The position numbers were made by a program, and so were the translations under genes. From an uncultured Muribaculaceae bacterium (GTDB taxonomy: Bacteria; Cyanobacteriota; Vampirovibrionia; Gastranaerophilales; Gastranaerophilaceae), in the NCBI GenBank assembly GCA_964531015.1, contig CAZHCP010000002.1:1-47938 (forward strand): a DNA stretch of 47,938 nt, in the 5' to 3' direction. Each line of letters starts with the position of its first letter. Within the stretch, counting starts at the first letter, position 1. Shown here in pieces: positions 1 through 8,694 of this stretch. Under the pieces are notes generated by a model. It saw only the letters and a program-made list of their open reading frames with translations, did no database searches and had not been told where the DNA came from.

Positions 1-74
1 ACAAGAACCTCAGAGAGCGTGAATGCCTGTAATCTCTCGGGGGGGGGGTAAATCGACTTCCGCTATTCCTACTC
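1..74. repeat. direct repeat copy A (conserved prepilin 5' cassette), paralogous to 47866-47938
   Basis: Hand alignment to 47866-47938 gives 5 substitutions plus a 1-nt difference in the G tract over 74 nt. Confidence 0.85.
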
Positions 75-79
75 TTCAT
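1..79 (-). CDS. prepilin-like gene, 5' end only (continues past window start); apparently out of frame at a C10 tract
   Basis: Minus-strand ATG at 79-77 with AGGCGGAAG just upstream. Codons 11-14 are a C10 run. The class III signal / N-methylation motif Q-A-F-T-L-S-E-V-L is encoded by 26-3 but in a different frame from the ATG. Confidence 0.5.
   Translation of the reverse strand, partial: MKSRNSGSRFTPPPRDYRHSRSLRFL
49..58. repeat. homopolymeric G10 tract (C10 on the coding strand of the prepilin leader)
   Basis: Direct count: gg at 49-50 plus gggggggg at 51-58. Confidence 0.9.
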
Positions 80-337
80 TGCACTTCCGCCTTTCTATTT
101 ATTTTATAATCATATTTTGTATTATATCATTTTTCACTTTGTTTAACATACATTAAACAATCTACAATAATAATATTTCCCGATTTTGAAGGGTTTATAA
201 CAGAAAATCGAACTTTTCTTTACATTCTTAACATTTTTTATTAAGTTCTCTCCTGTCGAAGAGGACTTTGAAGAATTTTTCATAAAAATGCAAAAAATAA
301 TCAAAAAATTAAAAACATTATATATTTTCGGTCCTTT

Positions 338-928
338 TTATCTTACTTTAATTACATATCTTTTCGCATTTTTATCATCGCCCCCGCAAATTGTTATTTT
401 ACCTCTACACGGCAGTTTTATTAAACATTTTATTTTATTGTTTATCATATCTTCTTTATTATTACTTATTGTATAATTTTCAAAATTTTCATTCGTATCG
501 TTATATATTAAAATTTCTTTTTCTTCACCGTGTGCAATAATTGTATATGTTCCTTTTTTAAAATCGCTTATTTTTATAACTTCGAGCTCAGAAAAAATCT
601 TTTCCGTTTCTTCAAAAGTTAATTCTTTTTCGGTGTAATTGTCATCTTCGGGGATTATTTCATAATATTTAAAATTGCCGTTATCAACTCCTATTAATTT
701 TTCGTTGTGTATAAATTCAAAATCGGAATTTAATTTTATCTTATGTTCACAATCATTGTTTATCTCTTCTTGCATATTTTTAATTTTTATCAAATTATCA
801 TTTTTCGTTTTTTTTGTCGTTTGTGTAAAGCAAAATGATTTATTTGAAGAAAATTTGTTTTCAATGTCATGTGCAAATACACTTAATCCCATAATTATAA
901 TCATTGTGCAGATTGCCGTTTTTTTCAT
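338..928 (-). CDS. hypothetical secreted protein (N-terminal signal peptide)
   Basis: The track ORF is 338-985. I prefer the internal ATG at 928 (MKKTAICTMIIIMGLSVFAHD), which is preceded by AAAGGGA and gives a typical signal peptide. I recognise no domain. Confidence 0.6.
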   Translation of the reverse strand: MKKTAICTMIIIMGLSVFAHDIENKFSSNKSFCFTQTTKKTKNDNLIKIKNMQEEINNDCEHKIKLNSDFEFIHNEKLIGVDNGNFKYYEIIPEDDNYTEKELTFEETEKIFSELEVIKISDFKKGTYTIIAHGEEKEILIYNDTNENFENYTISNNKEDMINNKIKCLIKLPCRGKITICGGDDKNAKRYVIKVR

Positions 929-1072
929 TGTAATCCCTTTTTTTTGAATATATTGTATTTTAAATTTCATTTCCTTTTTTTGCATTATCCTTCTTTATTA
1001 AGAACTTATGTTAATTATTAATTGAATAGTTTTTTTAATTGATATAAAATACAGTCGTTACGGTTAAATATA

Positions 1073-2089
1073 ATGAAAAAGAAAAATATTAAAATTCTGG
1101 ATTGTACTTTGCGTGACGGCGGTTCTCTTAATAACTGGCTGTTTGGCAAGGATTGTATTTTTCAAATTTTGCAAGCGTTAAATAATTCCCGTATTGATGT
1201 TGTTGAATCCGGATTTACGGATAATAACGTTATTTTTAACCCTGAGTCCGCTTTAAACCCTTGTATCGATTTTTTTGACGATTTAGCCGGCAATATTGTC
1301 GATAAAATGACTGATGTCGTTGCTATGATTGACCTTTCAAAATATAATTTCGAAAAATTAAACATATCTTCTTCAACTTCTTTAAACGGTATTCGTTTAA
1401 TGTTTAAAAAAAATTCCATTGCCCGTGCTTTGGAATTTTGCGAAATTTTACAAAATCTTAATTATAATGTCAGCCTTAACCCCGTTTCCGTTACGGGATA
1501 TTCAAAAAACGAACTCACGGCATTTTTAAAAGACGTTAATTGCGTTAATCCGCAGACCGTTTATATTGTTGATACATACGGGCTGTTGAACAAGAAAGAA
1601 ACTCTTGATTATTATGATTTGTTTAATAATTCGTTAAAAGAAAATATTACAATCGGTTATCACGCTCACAATAATATGCAGACGGCTTTTTCAAATTCCG
1701 TTGAGCTTGTTAATATTAATGATGAAAGAAATATTATCATTGATTCTTCTTTGTACGGAATGGGAAAACGTGCGGGAAATGTTCCGACCGAATTGATTGC
1801 ACAATATTTGAATGCTTCAAAAAACGGTAATTACAATATTGATTTTTTATTGCAGGCAATTGAAAAATATATTTTGCCGATATATGAAGTAAAACATTGG
1901 GGATATTCGCTTATTCACTATGTTGCGGCAAAAAATAAATGTCATTCCGATTATGTTTCTTATTTGTATAACGAAAAAAAACTCTCGTTCTCTGCCGTAA
2001 ATACGCTTTTAAGTAAAATGGAGGTTGCGGAAAAACTTTCTTTTAATAAAAATTATATTGATTTGTTATTGGAGGAATATTATGAATAA
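1073..2089 (+). CDS. HMGL-like aldolase / pyruvate carboxyltransferase family TIM-barrel protein
   Basis: N-terminal ILDCTLRDGG motif and HAHNN metal-ligand region, both typical of the HMGL-like family. 338 aa. Confidence 0.7.
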   Translation: MKKKNIKILDCTLRDGGSLNNWLFGKDCIFQILQALNNSRIDVVESGFTDNNVIFNPESALNPCIDFFDDLAGNIVDKMTDVVAMIDLSKYNFEKLNISSSTSLNGIRLMFKKNSIARALEFCEILQNLNYNVSLNPVSVTGYSKNELTAFLKDVNCVNPQTVYIVDTYGLLNKKETLDYYDLFNNSLKENITIGYHAHNNMQTAFSNSVELVNINDERNIIIDSSLYGMGKRAGNVPTELIAQYLNASKNGNYNIDFLLQAIEKYILPIYEVKHWGYSLIHYVAAKNKCHSDYVSYLYNEKKLSFSAVNTLLSKMEVAEKLSFNKNYIDLLLEEYYE

Positions 2090-2741
2090 TCAATCCGAAT
2101 ATATTTTAAAAAGAAATCGTTTAATAGCCGAAAAAACCGTAGACGCATTGAATAAACGCTTTTTTGACGCTTGTTACGTTGAAACAAAAGAACAGGCACT
2201 TGTGAAAGCTGTTGAGTTTGTCGATAAAAACAAAAGCGTTTCTTGGGGCGGGTCGGTTACTCTTGAAGAAATCGGATTGATTAAATATTTAAAAGAAAAT
2301 AATTATAATATTATTGACAGAAATGCCGCAAAAACCCGTGAAGAAAAACTGTTGCTTTCAAAACAGGCTTTAACCTGCGGTTCGTTTTTTATGAGTTCAA
2401 ACGCAATTTCAATGACCGGCGAACTCGTTAATATCGACGGTGTCGGCAACAGAGTTTCCGCTTTGATTTTCGGTCCTGACAACGTGATTGTTGTTGCGGG
2501 TGTTAATAAAATCATGCCTGATTTGGATTCTGCCTTAAAACGTGCAAGAGAGTATTCCGCTCCCGTTAATATTCAACGAATTTCCGCTTTATCGGAGCGA
2601 AAAACACCTTGTGCATTATCCGGCACTTGCCACGATTGTACATCTCCCGATTCGATTTGTTCAAATATCGTTATTACAAGATTGTGTTTGCAGCAAAAGC
2701 GAATTAAGGTAATTTTGGTTGGTGAAAATTTGGGATTTTAA
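2082..2741 (+). CDS. LUD-domain (DUF162, LutC/YkgG-like lactate-utilisation family) protein
   Basis: The ATG at 2082 follows GGAGG at 2071-2075 and overlaps the upstream stop. SWGGSVTLEEIGL and NAISMTGELVNIDGVGNRVSALIFGP are typical LUD motifs. The longer track ORF from 2025 is rejected. Confidence 0.75.
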   Translation: MNNQSEYILKRNRLIAEKTVDALNKRFFDACYVETKEQALVKAVEFVDKNKSVSWGGSVTLEEIGLIKYLKENNYNIIDRNAAKTREEKLLLSKQALTCGSFFMSSNAISMTGELVNIDGVGNRVSALIFGPDNVIVVAGVNKIMPDLDSALKRAREYSAPVNIQRISALSERKTPCALSGTCHDCTSPDSICSNIVITRLCLQQKRIKVILVGENLGF

Positions 2742-2840
2742 TTACTTTTTGTAAAAAATTCGAAAATTTATGATTTTTTTTATGAGGTTTGTAATATAAT
2801 TCTCTTGTGTTTATATATGTGTACATAGAGGGAGTATATT

Positions 2841-3680
2841 ATGAGAGTATCCGCATTATCAACAAATTATTTTCAAAATGTAAATTTTAATTCCGTAAAA
2901 CATTCAAAGCCGTCCGCTTTAAATAAAACGGAAGTGAATGTCGCACAAAAAAATTCACTTGATTTATTAAAAAATTATAATGTTATTAATGTAAATTTTA
3001 AAGGTGCAAAGTACGTTCCGAGTGAAGATTTTACGGAAATAAATGCCGAAAACAGGGATTTGGTTGCTCCTTTGTATAAAAAATATCAGGAAGGAATGAA
3101 CCAAAAAGTTGATGAAGATAAATTGGATAATTATTTATCAACGGTTTTAAATAACGGCGATAAAATTTTTGTTTTGAACAAAGGTGAAAAGCCCGCAGGA
3201 TTTATACATGTTTCGACTTCGTATTCAACAATTGACATGTGTCCGTTTACGACAATTCAAAGTCTTTTTGTTTCAAAAGAAAACAGGGGAGAGGGGTTGT
3301 CGAAAAAACTCGTAAAAGAAGTTGAAAAATGGACAATCGCAAACGATTATAAAGGTATTCACGTAAAAACACACGCAAATAACGCTTCTTCAACGGGGCT
3401 TTATAAAAAACTCGGTTTTAATGACGAAAGTAAAAAATACGGTGTATATTTCCTTCCGAATAAAAATGTATTGGATTATAAAAAAGGTTATGTAAATACA
3501 AAAAACAATGAAGTAAAACCGGATAAAACATACGAAGATAAAACTTATGAAGAAAAATTAAAAGATAAAAATTTCAATCGGTTTTTAGCTTATAAAATTC
3601 ATAAACCCGAACCGATACAAATTTATGAATTTATTAATGAGAATGATTTTCCGACTCTCATAGAGAACTTGCCGTATTAG
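2841..3680 (+). CDS. GNAT-family acetyltransferase domain protein with a ~55-aa N-terminal MxVS...NFKG leader
   Basis: RBS GAGGGAG. GNAT motif A region is FVSKENRGEGLSKKLVKEVEKW...LYKKLGF. The leader MRVSALSTNYFQNVNF...VINVNFKG ends at F53-K54-G55. Confidence 0.75.
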   Translation: MRVSALSTNYFQNVNFNSVKHSKPSALNKTEVNVAQKNSLDLLKNYNVINVNFKGAKYVPSEDFTEINAENRDLVAPLYKKYQEGMNQKVDEDKLDNYLSTVLNNGDKIFVLNKGEKPAGFIHVSTSYSTIDMCPFTTIQSLFVSKENRGEGLSKKLVKEVEKWTIANDYKGIHVKTHANNASSTGLYKKLGFNDESKKYGVYFLPNKNVLDYKKGYVNTKNNEVKPDKTYEDKTYEEKLKDKNFNRFLAYKIHKPEPIQIYEFINENDFPTLIENLPY

Positions 3681-3759
3681 AGATACGCACACGATTTAGC
3701 TGAATTGGCAAAAGATAACGCAAGCCATTGCACAAATTAAACATATAATAATACGGCGG

Positions 3760-3786
3760 GGCGGGTAATTTTTATCTCGACCCGTC
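3760..3786 (+). terminator. possible rho-independent terminator after the GNAT gene
   Basis: GGCGGGT ... ACCCGTC forms a 7-bp stem (one G-T pair) with a 13-nt loop, followed by TTATTCTC. Confidence 0.3.
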
Positions 3787-3988
3787 TTATTCTCGGAATA
3801 ATGGTTATAAGGTATGTCAAACCAAAGAATTTAAAACACAAAAAGTAATAAATTAATTATTAATAATTCGGTGCTAAGAAATGAAGGCGGGGCTGTTTTT
3901 TCTCTGCTTTTAAAGCAATTATTGTATGAATTTATTATTCGATATAAAATAAAGTAAAAATAATTTTTTTATTCAAAAGGAGAAGTTA

Positions 3989-4246
3989 ATGCAAGTTACG
4001 AGAGATACTTATTTTATACCGACGACACAAGTTAAGCAAAACGGTGAAAATTTATCGGGTAATGATTTGATAAATTTAGGATATATGGCGGGACGTTTCG
4101 GGGTAAATTTAAACAATAATCCGAATGAGCCTAACTTCCCCGTTTATACAAATGACGGAGTCTTTTTTAATATTAATTCCTGTACCTCCGAAAGTTTTAT
4201 GAATAATCTTAAAAATTCGGGCATTCACTTTACGTACTTTGCTTAA
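3989..4246 (+). CDS. small hypothetical protein (85 aa)
   Basis: Strong RBS AAAGGAGAAG precedes the ATG. No domain recognised. Confidence 0.55.
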   Translation: MQVTRDTYFIPTTQVKQNGENLSGNDLINLGYMAGRFGVNLNNNPNEPNFPVYTNDGVFFNINSCTSESFMNNLKNSGIHFTYFA

Positions 4247-5025
4247 TTTGTATTCTCGATGTCCGTTGAATTTGTTATTATGAGTTCTTTCATTGAATTA
4301 ACCGCATAGTGAGTTGTTTTTAACAGGTTTTCTTTGCATATTTGTCCGCTTGCAACGAGTATTATATTTTTTATTCCCGCATTTTTTGCAGAAATATAAT
4401 CCATCGGTGCATCGCCCGTCATAAGTGTTGTTTCGGGTGCGGAAGAAAGTTTTGACAGTGCAAGTTTTGTCGGTTCTCCGCTTTCTTTTGTGTAAGGAGA
4501 AGATTCTCTTCCTATTACGACATCAAATAAGTTTTCCCAATTAAAATATTTCAAAGTAATCATTGCGGATTCAACGGAATCGGACGTTACTATTCCTGTT
4601 TTTATGTTATGTGATTTAATTTCTTTTATGAAATTTATTGCGGACTCAATCGGTTTTGTATATTCGTTTATGTTTTTATAAAAATCAATATTTACTTCAT
4701 CAAACAATTCCGTTAATTTTTTCTCCGTCGTATTAACTCCGTACTTTAACAAATCATTTCTAAAAATTTCAATAATTTTTGAGCGTGAATATAAAGCGGT
4801 AATTCCGTTTTCTTCCATCCGTTTGTTGTTTACGTCGTAACCGAGCAAAAAACACAGTTCATTAAATAATCCGTTGTTCAACCCAAATTCGCTTATAATT
4901 CGTTCGACTCTGAGACAGGTCATTTTGCCCCAAAAATAATGCAGGTCAATAAATGTTCCGTCTTTATCAAACAATACGGTATCAATATTTTTTATTGTCC
5001 AATTATCCGTTGAAACGTTAATCAT
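4243..5025 (-). CDS. HAD-superfamily hydrolase (phosphatase-like)
   Basis: HAD motif I LFDKDGTFIDL, motif II GIVTSDS, motif IV GDAPMD. Confidence 0.8.
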   Translation of the reverse strand: MINVSTDNWTIKNIDTVLFDKDGTFIDLHYFWGKMTCLRVERIISEFGLNNGLFNELCFLLGYDVNNKRMEENGITALYSRSKIIEIFRNDLLKYGVNTTEKKLTELFDEVNIDFYKNINEYTKPIESAINFIKEIKSHNIKTGIVTSDSVESAMITLKYFNWENLFDVVIGRESSPYTKESGEPTKLALSKLSSAPETTLMTGDAPMDYISAKNAGIKNIILVASGQICKENLLKTTHYAVNSMKELIITNSTDIENTN

Positions 5026-5989
5026 TTTTCATGTTCCTTAAAGAAACATCAACAAGCGATTTTGCAACGGCAACCGCTTCTGATAACATTTTTTTATCTT
5101 CCGCTAAATTATCAATTAACAAATATTTCTTTATTATTTTTCTCGCATAAGAACCGACAGCCAAACAATTCGGGGATACCGAACATAATTTTGCAAGTTC
5201 CGTTGATTTTGTATTTGTTCCGCCCGACATCATAATATATGCCGGAATATTTGAATTTTGAAACATTTGAGCCGTCGCAACCGCCTGCAATGTTGTTGAA
5301 TATTCATCATCATTTCCGCTCATGGCAACTCCGTCTGCCTGAATAATCGTTGTATAAGGTTTTCTTTTTGAAACCAATCTCTCAACACGTTTCTTTAAAC
5401 GAATATCACCGAGTTGTGAACGGTCAAGCGATATACACAAAAAACCGTCATATAATTTGTTTAACAATTCCCATTTTTCATCAACATCTTTTTCATCCTC
5501 GGTTATTGCGTGAAATTCAATACAATCAATGCCTTTTGCTATAACAGGCGGTAAAACTTCCGAATAGTCTTTTAATTGAGTTTTCATAGTAATTGCACGG
5601 GCAGGACAAGTGTTTACGCATTTTGAACAGCCTATACATCTTTTGTTTATAATTTCGGCGGTTGAAGAAATATTAATTGCTTCGTTCGGACAAACCCGCC
5701 GGCATTTTCCGCAAGCGGAACAGGATTTTGTATCAATTTCCGCTTTTGTAATATGAGGGTCACCCGATAAACCGACGCTTACGCACAAATATCGGTTATT
5801 AGAAATGCCTGCACGTTTTAAACCCTTTTTCGCCGCTTCAACAATTTCTTCTTTTGCACACACATCAAAAAATTGACATCCGGCAAGCGAATAAACCGTA
5901 ACCAATTTTTCGACTTCTTCCGCATCTTCGTTTCCTGCTCCGCAAACGAGTTTAAAACAGTGTTTTTCTTCCAACAAATCTTTTAACAT
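5018..5989 (-). CDS. LdpA-like iron-sulfur protein (TIM-barrel-like N-terminus plus 2x[4Fe-4S] ferredoxin motifs)
   Basis: Two CxxCxxCxxxCP motifs (CSACGKCRRVCP, CIGCSKCVNTCP). The N-terminal FKLVCGAGNEDAEEVEKLVTVYSLAGCQFFDV resembles my recollection of cyanobacterial LdpA (KLICGAS...). The family call is from memory only. Confidence 0.5.
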   Translation of the reverse strand: MLKDLLEEKHCFKLVCGAGNEDAEEVEKLVTVYSLAGCQFFDVCAKEEIVEAAKKGLKRAGISNNRYLCVSVGLSGDPHITKAEIDTKSCSACGKCRRVCPNEAINISSTAEIINKRCIGCSKCVNTCPARAITMKTQLKDYSEVLPPVIAKGIDCIEFHAITEDEKDVDEKWELLNKLYDGFLCISLDRSQLGDIRLKKRVERLVSKRKPYTTIIQADGVAMSGNDDEYSTTLQAVATAQMFQNSNIPAYIMMSGGTNTKSTELAKLCSVSPNCLAVGSYARKIIKKYLLIDNLAEDKKMLSEAVAVAKSLVDVSLRNMKND

Positions 5990-6142
5990 ATAAATTCTTT
6001 CTTTTTCAAAAAAATTTTAGTACGAAAAAATTTTAAATTATATATTTTTAACGTCCTAAATTGTAACGATTTATGAACTTTCGCATTATTTATAACAATT
6101 TAAAGTCTTGATGAAACTTGTTGAAAGAAAGGAAAGGTTGTA

Positions 6143-7945
6143 ATGAATATAAACTCTTACTATAATTTTTCGCAAAATATAACACGGAATAGAAATCCGG
6201 TAAAACAAACAATACCTCTAAACAGAAATTCCGCTATATTTGGTTTATCAAAAGATACCGTTTCGTTTAAAGCGGGAATTCAGGCTAAAAAGTTAACAGA
6301 GGAAATTAAGAATAGTGAAAATTATGAGAAATCAACAATGTCGCTTAATGAAGCAATCGGGATATTGGAATATTTCGGATTTGTACAGTTAGACACGGAA
6401 GGTTCTCATATTCAGTTTGAAGCTCCTTATGGCGGTCGTTATACAATAAAGAAAAAAAATCCGGTTGACAAAGGTTGTGCAAATGCAATTATTTTGGGCA
6501 TTAAACAGGCTGATGAATTTGACGGAGAATTAATCTTAAAAAACGGTGCTTTAACTGACCCGGAAAAAGAAAAATACACTTTGACTATTCAAACGGCAAA
6601 AGATAACAATGTTCTCACTTCCAATAAGTATAAAACGGAGTTTATGCCCAAAATCAATGAAAAGAAGGCTTTACGCTTGGAAAACCTGAAAAAAGCGTTA
6701 TTGGTTGTTTTTGATAACATATATACTTTAAAAAGCAATATTAATGTTGAATTTGATGAAAAGAAAGAAACTATTGATTACTTGTATGATATATACAGAA
6801 AAAAATCACTTGAAATCCCCGTTAAACTTAATTCCGATATTAATACGGAGTTTAACAAAATTGAAAATGAACTTAAAAATAAAGAAATTTTATTAAAACA
6901 ATTTATAAAAACTTTTGATGAACTAAAACCTGAAGAACTGACAGAAACTCAAATTAACGGAATAAAAGGTTTTATAAGTGAAACAAATCAGTATAAACCT
7001 GATTTTTCCCGTTTGGATTTTCTTATTGAAGAATTATATGCCGATTGCGACAAAAAAGAACAGGAACATGCACTTGCCATTAAAAATGAAGAAGAAAAAG
7101 AATTTGCATTATTATTAATACAGGAACGAAAAGAAGAAGAAAATAAATTGAGATGTGAAATCAAAGAAAAATTAACAGGTTGTGAAATGATATTAAAACA
7201 ATTAAAAACAAAATCAGATAATTTAAACAATCAAATTTCGGAACTTTCAAAATATTTCGCAAACGATAATGTCGTTAATTCCGTAATCGCATTGCATGAT
7301 GAAATTGAAAATGATTTGAATTTATCAATGAAAAAATTTAATAATAAGAAAATTATAAGATTAGAAAATAAAAGGCTTGATAATTTAAATATAATAAAAG
7401 AAGATTTGGAAAAAATCAGAACAAATGCGGAAGAAGTAATATCCGTAAAACTGCAACAACTTGAAGAAGCGGTAAATAAAGAAACATCTTGTATTGATGA
7501 TTATTATGAAAAATCCAAAAAGGCACATTCGCAAAAGCAATTAAAAAGATTTTCAAATCCGTTTATTCAAAAAGAAGAGAAGAAAAAAGCGGCGGAAGAA
7601 ACGAAAAATTCAACGCAAATCACTGAATCAAAGTCAATCAAAACTCCAATAAATCAAGAAGTGTTGACGGTAAAGGATTTATCAAAAGAAGAATTTAACG
7701 CAATAAAAAATGAGATTTTGATGTACGCTCCAAGATTAAAAGACGGTGAATTTGATAAAGTGTTAAACCAACTCAGAACCGAAAACCAAGAATTAAAGGA
7801 ACTCATTACGGAAGAATGTCCGCTTGAACGAAAAATCGAATTGTTAGAAAAATTTTGGAAAAAATTTGATGAAAATAATATGACAAAATATACAAATTCC
7901 GTAACCCGGTATTGCGAAATCTATCATTCAAGACAGCATTTATAA
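6143..7945 (+). CDS. leader-family protein: HicA/YcfA-like small domain followed by a long coiled-coil region
   Basis: RBS GAAAGGAAAGG. Leader is MNINSYYNFSQNI...DTVSFKAG. ILEYFGFVQLDTEGSHIQFEAPYGGRYTIKKK matches the HicA-like L..GF....GSH pattern. The remainder is E/K/L-rich heptad-like sequence. Confidence 0.6.
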   Translation: MNINSYYNFSQNITRNRNPVKQTIPLNRNSAIFGLSKDTVSFKAGIQAKKLTEEIKNSENYEKSTMSLNEAIGILEYFGFVQLDTEGSHIQFEAPYGGRYTIKKKNPVDKGCANAIILGIKQADEFDGELILKNGALTDPEKEKYTLTIQTAKDNNVLTSNKYKTEFMPKINEKKALRLENLKKALLVVFDNIYTLKSNINVEFDEKKETIDYLYDIYRKKSLEIPVKLNSDINTEFNKIENELKNKEILLKQFIKTFDELKPEELTETQINGIKGFISETNQYKPDFSRLDFLIEELYADCDKKEQEHALAIKNEEEKEFALLLIQERKEEENKLRCEIKEKLTGCEMILKQLKTKSDNLNNQISELSKYFANDNVVNSVIALHDEIENDLNLSMKKFNNKKIIRLENKRLDNLNIIKEDLEKIRTNAEEVISVKLQQLEEAVNKETSCIDDYYEKSKKAHSQKQLKRFSNPFIQKEEKKKAAEETKNSTQITESKSIKTPINQEVLTVKDLSKEEFNAIKNEILMYAPRLKDGEFDKVLNQLRTENQELKELITEECPLERKIELLEKFWKKFDENNMTKYTNSVTRYCEIYHSRQHL

Positions 7946-8203
7946 TTGTGATTTTGAAAAAAGAATATTACTGATTTTTTAAAGAAATAATTTCATCTTC
8001 GTTTTTAAATTTATACAGGTAATAGATTTCCTCACAATAAAAAGTGACATTCGCTATAAAAACTTTGTTATCATCAGAATTTGAAATTTCATTTTCAATT
8101 ACATATTTTGCTTATTCATTTTTACATAATATCATACCGATTGAGAAATAATATAATCATTAATTTTTGTAATATAATTATCATATATGGGGAGAAGAGG
8201 GAA

Positions 8204-8692
8204 ATGAAAGTTATAAGCAGGCAAAAGAACAGCAGATATTGTTATATATGCGGGATGTATAATCCGGAAGGATTAAAGTCACAGTTTTACAATATGGAAG
8301 ACGGAAGTGTTATGAATTTATTTAAGTTTAGGGAAGAACATCAAAGTTTTCCGCAAAGAGTCCATGGCGGGCTTATCACGACAATGCTTGACGAACTTGC
8401 ATTCAGAGTCTATTGGGCAATTGACGAAAATGTTTTCGGGGTTACGACTTCCATAGAAACAAAATTCAGAAAACCCGTTCCTTATAATGTCGAATTAATC
8501 GGGAAAGGGGTAATTGTATCGGACAGTAAGAGATTTTTTAAAACGAAAGCTCAAATAGCCGATAAAGACGGTATAATTTATGCTGATGCAACGGCAAATT
8601 ATATAAAATTGCCGATTGAAAAAATTGCAAAAGATATTAATTACCATGAAGAAATGGGCTATTTCTCAACCGAGAATTTACAAGAAATATAA
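8204..8692 (+). CDS. PaaI/hotdog-fold acyl-CoA thioesterase
   Basis: ATG at 8204 lies after GGAGAAGAGGG. QRVHGGLITTMLDELAF is the PaaI-type motif, and an N-terminal CYICG ribbon is present. The TTG-start extension from 8081 is rejected. Confidence 0.75.
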   Translation: MKVISRQKNSRYCYICGMYNPEGLKSQFYNMEDGSVMNLFKFREEHQSFPQRVHGGLITTMLDELAFRVYWAIDENVFGVTTSIETKFRKPVPYNVELIGKGVIVSDSKRFFKTKAQIADKDGIIYADATANYIKLPIEKIAKDINYHEEMGYFSTENLQEI

Positions 8693-8694
8693 GT

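Noticed and set aside
2771-2783. Recurring (A)ATTTATGA motif upstream of several genes: 2771-2783, about 6068-6080, about 9533-9545 and 37676-37685.
   Set aside because: The 8-mer is AT-rich and short, and it is expected several times by chance in 48 kb. It overlaps probable -10-like elements. I found it only after looking, so there is a risk of cherry-picking. It needs a genome-wide enrichment test.
3681-3988. Unusually long (308 nt) non-coding gap with two G-rich elements (GGCGGGGCGGG, AAGGCGGGGCTG); considered as a riboswitch or sRNA.
   Set aside because: I could not match it to any riboswitch consensus I know. Only one weak terminator-like hairpin could be drawn. It is more likely a terminator plus the promoter of the small 3989 gene.
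8081-8203. N-terminal 41-codon extension of the thioesterase ORF (TTG start at 8081).
   Set aside because: The extension translates to implausible low-complexity sequence (FHFQLHILLIHFYIISY...) and has no RBS. The ATG at 8204 has a strong GGAGAAGAGGG and gives a normal PaaI-size protein.
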